Virus record (IMG/VR): IMGVR_UViG_3300035494_000146 | DNA length: 64,000 bases | Reading direction: 5' to 3' (one strand) | Origin: a virus | Shown here: piece after piece, positions 48,857-56,892 of the stretch | Position numbering within the stretch: position 1 is the first letter of the stretch | Layout of the letters: every line of letters begins with the position of its first letter | Translations under genes and position numbers: made by a program | Notes under the pieces: generated by a model | Told to the model about the DNA's origin: nothing | What the model saw: the letters and a program-made list of their open reading frames with translations, nothing else | Databases searched by the model: none

Positions 48857-49326
48857 GGACATAAACGTCGCCTCTACGAGTGATTGTGGAGTGATAACTT
48901 TCTTAATTGCTGGAACACCCTAAAGCTCAACTCGCTACAGCATGGTCCGAAAGGACGAGTGCGATACGCGGTCGAAAGACAGAAAAAAGTCAAAGGCTTC
49001 CTGAGGAGGCCAGTTGAGATGCCCTACGCTTAAAGGAGTGCCTGTCGGGAGACGCGCCGCTAAGGGGTTATGCAATGGACAATCGAGCAGCGAAGCTCCT
49101 ACCGGCGTCGGGAGACGCACCAAGGAGAACGTTCAACGACTAGAGGGGTCGCCCTCGTACTGGCCAAGTGGCTAGGAAAGAGAAAGCTCTCATCGTAGCG
49201 CATTAGGTGCGCTTGTTAAGGTGAGATGATAATATAGTCTGGACATCTGGGGAAACCCCAGAGCAGCGTCGCCGACCGGGAGGTCCGTGATAGCGGGAGT
49301 GATTAACGACCACTCTGAACATTTCG
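48857..49326 (+). ncRNA. Group I self-splicing intron (IA-like, ORF-less, 470 nt) in vRNAP beta
   Basis: Exon ends GAT; P1 CGAU|G with CGUCG (48866-70) gives a U-G pair; P AATTGCTGGAA 48905-15; Q AATCGAGCAGC 49081-91; R GTTCAACGACTA 49131-42; P3 CTTTCT/AGAAAG; P7 GACTA/TAGTC (49235-39); P9.0 GGA/UUC before terminal G 49326; removal gives HDD-GKRASF. Confidence 0.93.
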
Positions 49327-50460
49327 GGAAAACGAGCAAGCTTTGTTGGAATTCAGCATGGCTCAGGCATGTCTGCCAACGGATATGAAGTCACCGCATT
49401 CCGTACTGGGGCGGAGAAGTTAGTGGCCCACCGTACGGGGAGCAGTCAGGCAGTAGTGGCTGCAGAGTCCGGTAAAGTCGTCGAGATGGATGAGTATGGT
49501 ATTACCGTGGAATACGACACCAAGCCCAAGACCACTAAGTCATACCCTGTCGGAAAAACCTTCGGTCGACATGAGGGCGGGGTCTTCCCGCATGTGTTGG
49601 TTCCTAATGTTAAGGTTGGTCAGAAGTTCGCCAAGGGTGATGTACTGACCTACAACGAGAAGTTCTTCGAGGTCGATCCTGTTACGCCTAACCAGGTCAA
49701 CTGGAAAGCGGGAGTGATGGCTAACGTTGTCCTACTGGAAGGCACCGACACCCTTGAAGACTCCAGCGCGATCTCGCCAGCTTTGTCGGAGAAGCTAACC
49801 ACACAGATCTCCAAGGTGAAACATATCACGGTGCGTTTCGATCAAGCCATACATGACATGGTGAAGGAAGGTAAGAAGCTGACCCCCGACACTGTACTCT
49901 GCGTGATCGAAGATGCGGTCTCTGCTGGTATGCAAGGCTTCAGCGATAAATCCATTGAAACGCTACGTAAGTTGGCAGCTAAGGCACCTCGCGCCAAGCT
50001 CAACGGGGTGGTGGATCGTATCGAGATCTTCTACCACGGCGATTATGAAGACATGTCGGAATCCGTTCGGGCACTAGCAGAGTGGGGCGATCGTAAGCGT
50101 AGGCGGGAAGCCAAACGCAGTCCCAAACGGCTGGCGGAGCATGGTCGGGTTGACAGCTCTCTGCGGATTGAAGGTAATCCTGTAGAGCTGGAGACTATGG
50201 TCATCCGTCTGTATATGACGCAGGAAGTGCCGGCCATTGGTGGCGACAAGGCCGTGTTTGCCAACCAGTTGAAATCAACCTTTCGACGCGTCATGGTTGG
50301 CGTTAATGAAACCGAAACGGGTCTACCTATTGACGCCATCTTTGGACGCAAATCGGTCGATGCGCGGATCGTGTTGTCAGTGTACCAGATCGGCACCACG
50401 AACAAGGTTTGTCAACTGATCTCTGAGGGCGCACAAGCGATTCTGAAAGAGGGCGGTTGA
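49327..50460 (+). CDS. rpoB: Virion RNA polymerase beta subunit, exon 2 (spliced product ~1387 aa)
   Basis: Frame open upstream of ATG 49369 to GKRASFVGIQH; contains LEDSSAIS and GDKAVFANQLKSTF...PIDAIFG (beta GDK...HGNKG-equivalent). Confidence 0.9.
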   Translation, partial: GKRASFVGIQHGSGMSANGYEVTAFRTGAEKLVAHRTGSSQAVVAAESGKVVEMDEYGITVEYDTKPKTTKSYPVGKTFGRHEGGVFPHVLVPNVKVGQKFAKGDVLTYNEKFFEVDPVTPNQVNWKAGVMANVVLLEGTDTLEDSSAISPALSEKLTTQISKVKHITVRFDQAIHDMVKEGKKLTPDTVLCVIEDAVSAGMQGFSDKSIETLRKLAAKAPRAKLNGVVDRIEIFYHGDYEDMSESVRALAEWGDRKRRREAKRSPKRLAEHGRVDSSLRIEGNPVELETMVIRLYMTQEVPAIGGDKAVFANQLKSTFRRVMVGVNETETGLPIDAIFGRKSVDARIVLSVYQIGTTNKVCQLISEGAQAILKEGG

Positions 50461-50478
50461 TTCCTTATTGCACTACGT

Positions 50479-50499
50479 GGGGTGGGTCGCTCCCACCCC
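50479..50499 (+). terminator. Hairpin after vRNAP beta
   Basis: GGGGTGGG-TCGCT-CCCACCCC. Confidence 0.5.
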
Positions 50500-50528
50500 T
50501 CTAACTTTAAAACACTCCGGAGAATGAC

Positions 50529-50723
50529 ATGCACGTTTCAAATGAACGGCGTAATACCATTACCCTGGCCAATGCTGTAGAATTGGCCGTACGTGCTCAG
50601 ATGCACACCATGCGACAGCATGGCAACAAGACCTCGGGCGGTAACAAACTGACCCGCCAAATCCTGGCTGACGCCACCGTCGCCAAATTCCGTGTCCGGC
50701 TTGACGACCACCTGCGAGGCTAA
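50529..50723 (+). CDS. Small conserved virion protein candidate
   Basis: 64-aa ORF, GGAG RBS, between the beta gene and the gp177-like gene. Confidence 0.55.
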   Translation: MHVSNERRNTITLANAVELAVRAQMHTMRQHGNKTSGGNKLTRQILADATVAKFRVRLDDHLRG

Positions 50724-50728
50724 TACCC

Positions 50729-52183
50729 ATGATCAGTATTGAAGTTCTTACCGCCATTCACCCCTTGGCAGATCAGATCAACCAAGCCTGTTATCGACTG
50801 GCGACCACCGAACAGTCCCCAGTTGGTGCGTTGAACAGCGCCAGTTTCACTCCGCTGATTGACACTTATGAAGGCGACTCCGGTTTCATTGAGGCCTGGC
50901 AACACACCCTGACACGACACCCGGTCACTGGCGGCACTGAACCGGTGACTGATGACGCCGACGGCGACGAGATCGTACTACTGCCACAATCACTCCATTC
51001 TCTGTCCATGGATGAAGCGGTGTCATTCGTGGCCACGGGCGCCATGAACGCCCGAAGTCATGCCCAGAACGTGGCTAAGCCGGTGATCAACTCCATGCTG
51101 GACAAGATGGAGACTTATATCGATCACAGCACTGCCATCGTGGAACCGTTCGAGCTGGTAGAAGTTGGTCTGTTGGATGCCTGGACCAACCCCATCGTAC
51201 GCACTGCGTTGGACAACCATCCGTTCCGCGGTCGACTGAGTCCGGTGGAACGCGCCGCTATTCCGCGGATTCCGGTGCCCGCCAACGTTGATTCACTGGT
51301 TGTCACCGGTTCGTCCAACATCGACGGTGTCTTTGCGGCCCTGCTGCGCGAGACCGGCATGTCTGCAACTGATGTGTTCAACCTGATCTTCAATGGTCGT
51401 CAGGATGCCGGCAGACTCACTCACCCGGTGTACCTGACTCGCAACGAATCGCTGTTGTGCTACCTGTTTGCGAACGTGCTGTTGGACAACCCGGTGGAAG
51501 GCAGCGGTCTGGAATTGCAGACTTGGGAAACATTGCTGCACAAACTGGTGACGGCGTATGCCGATGCCTGCAACATGATCCTGAGCATCTACGAGACCGA
51601 ACTGAAAAGCCGAATCGTGTTCCATGGCATCAGTGACGATGGACGTATCCTGTATTTGAACAGTCCGGTGTACGATCAGTGGTTGGATGCCGGCGGCAGT
51701 CCGGAAATACTCTTCGGCGCCCACATGAACCGCAAGTCGTCTGGCGATATGAACTTCCAAGTCATGCTCGACAATGCGCAGGTTAATCAGACCGCCTGGT
51801 CCAACTACCACAACAGTCAAAAGCGCCTGCAAGAGACCGAACGGCTGCGCAAGGTCAAGGACGCGATGTACTCCTGCGTCCTGTCTGAAATCGACGACCT
51901 GGACCCACGCTACTACCCGCCCGGAATGGAAAAGGTCAAGGTGATTGCGCGTGCCAAAGACGTGCTGGCAGATATTCGCCCGACCGATCTTAACGACGTG
52001 GGCGCGATCTGCATGAAGTACGTGTGCGATGTGCTGTTCCCACACACCAACGCGTACCGCTTCCTGTCTGAGATCAGTCGTAAGGTTGAAATGGGAATGG
52101 ACGTTGAGGAAGCAGCCACGGAAGTCACCAACGAGTACATCACCGACTGGATTATCTCTGGTCTGTTAATTTACAAAGGGTAA
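50729..52183 (+). CDS. Virion (head) protein, phiKZ gp177-like by synteny
   Basis: 484-aa ORF between vRNAP beta and the gp176/gp175-like genes. Confidence 0.6.
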   Translation: MISIEVLTAIHPLADQINQACYRLATTEQSPVGALNSASFTPLIDTYEGDSGFIEAWQHTLTRHPVTGGTEPVTDDADGDEIVLLPQSLHSLSMDEAVSFVATGAMNARSHAQNVAKPVINSMLDKMETYIDHSTAIVEPFELVEVGLLDAWTNPIVRTALDNHPFRGRLSPVERAAIPRIPVPANVDSLVVTGSSNIDGVFAALLRETGMSATDVFNLIFNGRQDAGRLTHPVYLTRNESLLCYLFANVLLDNPVEGSGLELQTWETLLHKLVTAYADACNMILSIYETELKSRIVFHGISDDGRILYLNSPVYDQWLDAGGSPEILFGAHMNRKSSGDMNFQVMLDNAQVNQTAWSNYHNSQKRLQETERLRKVKDAMYSCVLSEIDDLDPRYYPPGMEKVKVIARAKDVLADIRPTDLNDVGAICMKYVCDVLFPHTNAYRFLSEISRKVEMGMDVEEAATEVTNEYITDWIISGLLIYKG

Positions 52184-52190
52184 TTGAGCA

Positions 52191-52907
52191 ATGGATATCT
52201 CCAAACTCACCAGAAATGCGAACACCATTCACCAAAACCTGGTCAGCAAGGACGGGCAGGTGCTCACCAAAGCAGCATGCAAGATTTCAATCCCGGCGAA
52301 CTACACCAACTATTCGTTGGCGCTGCTGTCGGCGGAGATATCCATTCTTGGCGTTTATGCCATCGTCATTGGCAATCACTACGGGGTATCCTCAGCATCG
52401 GGCATGCTGACGTTAGGACCTTGTAGCATCGACAATGTCCAAATTGAAGGTGAGGATTACTTGGAGTTCTCGTTTCAACCTGGAGACGTGGTCATCAAGA
52501 ACACATCCGTGGTTAAGAACAAAAAGTTCGTCAACGAAATCATGAACTATTTTGTTGACTACGCACGGGTCCCCTGGTTCATGGACATGGTGGACCATGC
52601 GGAGCTGTTTAAGAATGCCAAGTACTTTAATGACCTGTCGATGGCGCGCAGTCAAGCGATTTTGGATATCATTACCGCCAAGCTGTGTCGCGATCCGGCT
52701 AACGTGAAGCGATTGTATCGTTACACACTTAAGTCGGATAGTGACGTACGCACCCAACCGAATATCATTCCACTGCGAGACATTCCCAACAACACGGCGT
52801 CTAACCTGGCTCGGATCAACGGCTCCGAACTCCAGGTCGGGATCCGTACCGCTATGTTGGCTGAACCGACGCGGAAGGATATGCTTGAAGAGTTATTTAT
52901 GGAGTAA
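52191..52907 (+). CDS. phiKZ gp176-like protein, probable C-terminal beta' piece of vRNAP
   Basis: IIPLRDIPNNTASNLARINGSELQVGIRTAML resembles beta' C-terminal ASL-x-T-x-SFISAASFQET; position immediately upstream of the protease. Confidence 0.55.
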   Translation: MDISKLTRNANTIHQNLVSKDGQVLTKAACKISIPANYTNYSLALLSAEISILGVYAIVIGNHYGVSSASGMLTLGPCSIDNVQIEGEDYLEFSFQPGDVVIKNTSVVKNKKFVNEIMNYFVDYARVPWFMDMVDHAELFKNAKYFNDLSMARSQAILDIITAKLCRDPANVKRLYRYTLKSDSDVRTQPNIIPLRDIPNNTASNLARINGSELQVGIRTAMLAEPTRKDMLEELFME

Positions 52908-52912
52908 CGATC

Positions 52913-53665
52913 ATGACGTTAAAATACGCCTGTTCTGCGTTGGTGGGCACCAACAAAGAAGGCATCATTAAACCTGACGCCAATGGCTACTATCGGCTGT
53001 GCATTGGTGCGCTCAACATCTACAACTCGGCTGGGATCTGGTACGATTACGAAGCCAGTAAACATCTGTTTGACAATTCTGCCAGTTTCATGCGGCGGAT
53101 GTCGGCAGGCAATTTGTACTCTGAAGAAGATCACCCGCAGTGGCCCATCGGTGGGAAGTTCGAGGATTACGTCGCCCGTATCAAGCGCATCGATCCGAAG
53201 AACATCTGTGCCCACATCCGTGACATTGAAATCGTTCCGGGCGAGATCATTGCCGGCAAGCAGGTGATGCTGATCTATGCGTCGGTCAAGCCAGACCGGG
53301 AACGCGGACATCTTCTGAAGGCAGCGCTGGACAACCCCGACCAAAACGTGTGTTTCAGTATCCGCGCCCTGTGCGACGACCAATACATCGGTGGCCGCGT
53401 AGTGCGTACTCTGACCGATGTGGTGACGTTCGACTGGGTGGTAGAGCCCGGTATCAGCAAGGCGCACAAGTACAACTCTCCGGCATTGGAGGCGCATAGC
53501 GACATCGCTATCCCCGTCGAAGCGGTGATGAATGTGATCAACACCGCCACCGCACACCGTGGGTACGGGCTGGAGTCAGCAGACATCGACGGTCTGCGTG
53601 AGGTCGTGGCACGCTATCAGCGACCAGCCACTAGCCTGACACGGCCTGGAGCCATGCAATGGTAA
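52913..53665 (+). CDS. Prohead (head maturation) serine protease, phiKZ gp175-like
   Basis: EEDHP (His), CFSIR (Ser), TFDWVVEPG (Asp) motifs. Confidence 0.85.
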   Translation: MTLKYACSALVGTNKEGIIKPDANGYYRLCIGALNIYNSAGIWYDYEASKHLFDNSASFMRRMSAGNLYSEEDHPQWPIGGKFEDYVARIKRIDPKNICAHIRDIEIVPGEIIAGKQVMLIYASVKPDRERGHLLKAALDNPDQNVCFSIRALCDDQYIGGRVVRTLTDVVTFDWVVEPGISKAHKYNSPALEAHSDIAIPVEAVMNVINTATAHRGYGLESADIDGLREVVARYQRPATSLTRPGAMQW

Positions 53666-53674
53666 GGGGACAAT

Positions 53675-54349
53675 ATGTCGCGGCTAACCACGTGGATTAG
53701 CAAACAAAACCCAACAGCAGCGAAGGGTATGACTGCACTGAAGGACATCGACGCTCTTCACATCAGCACCAATCCCCGGCTTGGCACTTTAGTGCCCCGC
53801 ATCGGTAGTCGTCAGACCAAAACCGAAGACCGCACCATTCCCCGCGTCTGCTGTTCCGAAACGGTGGTAGGTTGCATCTATGGTCACTCTACCGTGCGAG
53901 ACGTCAGTGTCGAAAAGGAGGTGTTTACCGGAACTGAATGGCAAGATCTACAATGCCCGGTGTTTTACATCTACCGGCTAAATGTGGAGGAGCTCGTTCG
54001 TCCTAGTAAAAAGTTAGTGATGGATGCGGTACGTACGCGGGAGCTGTGGGTGGTACCATACGCGCCGGAAGCCTGCGCGGTTAAGCCGGAACGTGTGGGT
54101 CAGCTTTTACTACGTAAAGCAGTGGATGTACACGACCAAGGGCGCCATTACCAGCTCAACACCTTTGTAATGAAAGTGGTTAAACCAATCAAGCTTGAAG
54201 ATGAGTTGCTTCACCCTGGTCATTATCAGTTTGACTTACACGGCTCTCTTTCGGTGGTGGGTGGCGGAACCACAAGTCCCGTTGAAAAGTTAAAGGTCAT
54301 CTCCGGTGCTGAATTCCAAACCATTGTTGATAATCACGCCAAAACGTAG
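53675..54349 (+). CDS. Virion protein, phiKZ gp174-like by synteny
   Basis: 224-aa ORF directly after the protease; LHISTNPRL...PRIGSRQ...EDRTIPRVCCS pattern. Confidence 0.55.
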   Translation: MSRLTTWISKQNPTAAKGMTALKDIDALHISTNPRLGTLVPRIGSRQTKTEDRTIPRVCCSETVVGCIYGHSTVRDVSVEKEVFTGTEWQDLQCPVFYIYRLNVEELVRPSKKLVMDAVRTRELWVVPYAPEACAVKPERVGQLLLRKAVDVHDQGRHYQLNTFVMKVVKPIKLEDELLHPGHYQFDLHGSLSVVGGGTTSPVEKLKVISGAEFQTIVDNHAKT

Positions 54350-54382
54350 TCATTCACAGCAGGTATTCTCGGTGTGCGCCGT

Positions 54383-54393
54383 TATATTTGATC
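54383..54393 (+). promoter_or_regulatory. Candidate early promoter motif (TATATTTGATC)
   Basis: TATATnTnATY instance in the intergenic gap upstream of ATG 54420. Confidence 0.5.
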
Positions 54394-54419
54394 TGTGAAG
54401 CAATTTAATGAGGCGTGCC

Positions 54420-54734
54420 ATGGTTGTAACGCACAACGTAGAAATACCGCTGACCATACAACGTCTTGGCAACGCGGACGTCGAAGACCTGATCATTACC
54501 GGGTTAGAGCGACCGATTAGTCGAGATGATGTACATTGGTTGCTGGAGCGAAGGTATCCCAACCGACGTCGGGCCGCAAGGGCTGTGTTACGCATTGTGA
54601 CCGACGAAGACTTGGATACTTTCAACGATGAATTGGATATGCTGCGGGCTAGTGGCGTCACACGGAGAACGAAGTTCACCATGCGAACGTCTTATGCACG
54701 TGGTATTTGTACTATCCGTGTCCTAGGAGGATAA
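54420..54734 (+). CDS. Hypothetical protein
   Basis: GAGG RBS before ATG 54420. Confidence 0.6.
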   Translation: MVVTHNVEIPLTIQRLGNADVEDLIITGLERPISRDDVHWLLERRYPNRRRAARAVLRIVTDEDLDTFNDELDMLRASGVTRRTKFTMRTSYARGICTIRVLGG

Positions 54735-54738
54735 TTGA

Positions 54739-55266
54739 GTGAGCACGACGATATGTTACGTGGATCTGGACGGCGTGGGTGCCAACTGGCAAAGCTATGT
54801 TATTTCTCGGCATTTTAAAGGAATGTCAATTGACGAGCTGAACCAACATCCAGACCGTTTACAGTTGCTGCGGCAGATGTACAAGCGCGAACCCAGACTG
54901 TTTCTTAACCTGCCAGTTATTCCGCAGTACGGTCAGTTTCTGGATGCGTTGACTGCCCGTGACATTCCGTGGAAAATACTGACTGCTGCCGGGGATGATC
55001 ATCCGGTGTATGAGACTGTGAAAAACGATAAGTTGCTGTGGTTGAAGCAGCGCTTTGGGATCGAAGAAGACCGGGTGATCATTACGCAGGCATCAAGTGA
55101 CAAACACCAGTATGCGCACGAGCAGGCTGTATTGGTAGATGACTTCGTGTCTAACTGCAGACAGTGGGAAGCGGCAGGTGGCATCGCTGTACATGTCGAT
55201 CGTGTTTGGTATTGTCCAATTGGATTGGCGGATCAGGTGGCTGCCAAGTTGCCAGCGATGGCCTAA
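54739..55266 (+). CDS. HAD-superfamily 5'(3')-deoxyribonucleotidase
   Basis: YVDLDGV motif I, ILTA motif II, K motif III, LVDDF motif IV; AGGAGG RBS. Confidence 0.85.
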   Translation: MSTTICYVDLDGVGANWQSYVISRHFKGMSIDELNQHPDRLQLLRQMYKREPRLFLNLPVIPQYGQFLDALTARDIPWKILTAAGDDHPVYETVKNDKLLWLKQRFGIEEDRVIITQASSDKHQYAHEQAVLVDDFVSNCRQWEAAGGIAVHVDRVWYCPIGLADQVAAKLPAMA

Positions 55267-55270
55267 ACCG

Positions 55271-55300
55271 TAGGGGTCCATGGACCCCTATCTTTTTTTT
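55271..55300 (+). terminator. Terminator built on a perfect 20-bp palindrome
   Basis: TAGGGGTCCATGGACCCCTA followed by T tract; contains the ATG the ORF track used as a start. Confidence 0.75.
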
Positions 55301-55315
55301 GCGTTGGTGTGGAAT

Positions 55316-56029
55316 ATGTTGATTATATTACGTTACTTGTTTATCGTAGTTGTAGTTGTCGGTGGGGCGAAAGTGTTCGCTGAAACCAAACTGGCCGTCT
55401 CTAGTAATAAATGCCACGATATCACATCGCCTTATTACTCGAATGTACAGCACTACATTAGCTACGATAGTCTGGATGCATGTGCTAGTAACATTGGCTA
55501 CGGCACGGTCGACGACTGTGTCGCTGCCGGCATGTGTTATGTCCGTGATGTCAACACAACGAACTACGACCGAGAGGGTAACTTTGGGCGGTGGACTGAT
55601 GAAGACAGCAACTGCCTGAACACCCGACACCAGTTGCTGGCAATCGCTTCTCGAGGAAACGTCATTATTCGAGATTGTAAAGTGGTAGGCGGGTTGTGGA
55701 TGTCACCATTTACCAACAACCACATCACCGACCCGTCGGTGTTGGAGATAGACCACATCGTGCCCTTAAAACACGCATGGATGCACGGAGCGGACCAGTG
55801 GGATCACACAACGCGCGTCCAGTTCGCCAACGACACCGATAACTTATGGCCAGTTGAAGGTAACTTGAATAGTCAAAAATCGGATCAGGGGCTGGAATGG
55901 TTGCCGCCGCAGAACCAATGTCAGTATATCCTTAAGTTCCTATCAGTAGCACACAAGTACCGCCTGACGTACACGCCTGAGGAGAAAACCAAACAGCAAG
56001 CTTTGCGACAGCGCCACTGCCGGTTTTAA
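55316..56029 (+). CDS. HNH-family nuclease (DUF1524-like) with N-terminal signal peptide
   Basis: EIDHIVPLKHAW, ANDTDNLWPV, NSQKSD; hydrophobic leader MLIILRYLFIVVVVVGGAKVFA; multiple Cys. Confidence 0.8.
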   Translation: MLIILRYLFIVVVVVGGAKVFAETKLAVSSNKCHDITSPYYSNVQHYISYDSLDACASNIGYGTVDDCVAAGMCYVRDVNTTNYDREGNFGRWTDEDSNCLNTRHQLLAIASRGNVIIRDCKVVGGLWMSPFTNNHITDPSVLEIDHIVPLKHAWMHGADQWDHTTRVQFANDTDNLWPVEGNLNSQKSDQGLEWLPPQNQCQYILKFLSVAHKYRLTYTPEEKTKQQALRQRHCRF

Positions 56030-56032
56030 CGC

Positions 56033-56058
56033 GTCTGGGTAGGCGAACTTACCCAGAC
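56033..56058 (+). terminator. Hairpin after the HNH gene
   Basis: GTCTGGGTA...TACCCAGAC. Confidence 0.55.
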
Positions 56059-56089
56059 CCTTGCTTGTGTGTTTAAAATAATTCAGAGG

Positions 56090-56100
56090 TATATGTTATT
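56090..56100 (+). promoter_or_regulatory. Candidate early promoter motif (TATATGTTATT)
   Basis: Identical to the copy at 22361; upstream of ATG 56141. Confidence 0.55.
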
Positions 56101-56140
56101 GGGTGAGGCTTCGTCACTCATTGGAATAAAGGAGTACCTC

Positions 56141-56368
56141 ATGGCTGTAATTTACACAGTAACTATGGATGACCATCAGACGAGTGTTGTAAAGCGGGGG
56201 CGCAGGGCAACCTCACTCAAGAGAATGGATGAAGGAGTAACGCGTTCACGTTCCGTAATGTTGGGGAGGACATCCAAAGAACCGCTCTGTCCGCCATTCG
56301 CATGCAAGTTCATTTATTCGGGGACGGCGTTCAATGCGGGTGAAACCACTATACACTTCAAGGAGTAG
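56141..56368 (+). CDS. Small hypothetical protein
   Basis: AAGGAG RBS before ATG 56141. Confidence 0.6.
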   Translation: MAVIYTVTMDDHQTSVVKRGRRATSLKRMDEGVTRSRSVMLGRTSKEPLCPPFACKFIYSGTAFNAGETTIHFKE

Positions 56369-56373
56369 CTGTT

Positions 56374-56619
56374 ATGAACAATTGCAACATCCACTCAGAC
56401 CAACATCAAGTCTCCCTATCCATCGTAGGTGAAAAAACCTATCCCTTGGAGACAGTTCGAAACGGTGCCAACTTCGTCACTAAGTTGCTGATTCACGATG
56501 TGAAGGCGGACCCGCTGAACGATAACTACGATTGTCCTGCACCAGACAGCATCCTGGCACAAGGCATCATAGAAGAGCTTAACGACGCATGTGAAGGTGA
56601 GCAACATGGCCACGTTTGA
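56374..56619 (+). CDS. Small hypothetical protein
   Basis: 81 aa, AAGGAG RBS. Confidence 0.6.
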   Translation: MNNCNIHSDQHQVSLSIVGEKTYPLETVRNGANFVTKLLIHDVKADPLNDNYDCPAPDSILAQGIIEELNDACEGEQHGHV

Positions 56620-56869
56620 TATAGGTAAGGGGCGACATCAGCTCGCAATGACTATTCGCGATATTGATGCGCACAGTCTCGAAGAAACTAAGGATGCGAT
56701 GGACCTCATGTCTGAGATATCGTCATCGATAGACAACGACGACTTCGATGACTTTCAGGACATGATGCACTGCTACGACGACAGTGTACTTGACGACATC
56801 GTCGAAGAGGTGTTGGGGATTGGCGGAGACCTCTTCCGGCCAAGCCTGCGGCTGCACCTGATTAAGTAG
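56606..56869 (+). CDS. Small acidic hypothetical protein
   Basis: Start ATG 56606; Asp-rich. Confidence 0.55.
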   Translation: MATFDIGKGRHQLAMTIRDIDAHSLEETKDAMDLMSEISSSIDNDDFDDFQDMMHCYDDSVLDDIVEEVLGIGGDLFRPSLRLHLIK

Positions 56870-56892
56870 CCTTTAATCAAAAGCAAAACAAG

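Noticed and set aside
49001-49008. Hammerhead-like CUGAGGAG inside intron 2
   Set aside because: It sits in the loop and stem of hairpin C, lacks a correctly placed stem II-GAAA, and is not conserved in intron 1.
48926-49018. c-di-GMP-I (GEMM) riboswitch identity for the P5 domain
   Set aside because: It has GAAA tetraloops, but I do not see the GEMM consensus (GCAAA junction, CUAA receptor helix); only an Rfam search can exclude it formally.
55324-55331. Exact phiKZ-type TATATTAC sequence
   Set aside because: It lies within the signal-peptide codons of the HNH gene and does not match this window's recurring motif; likely chance.
55316-56029. The HNH gene as the trans-acting homing endonuclease of the two introns
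   Set aside because: The signal peptide and Cys-rich, DUF1524-like architecture suggest an exported non-specific nuclease; no DNA-binding (NUMOD/HTH) module is seen.
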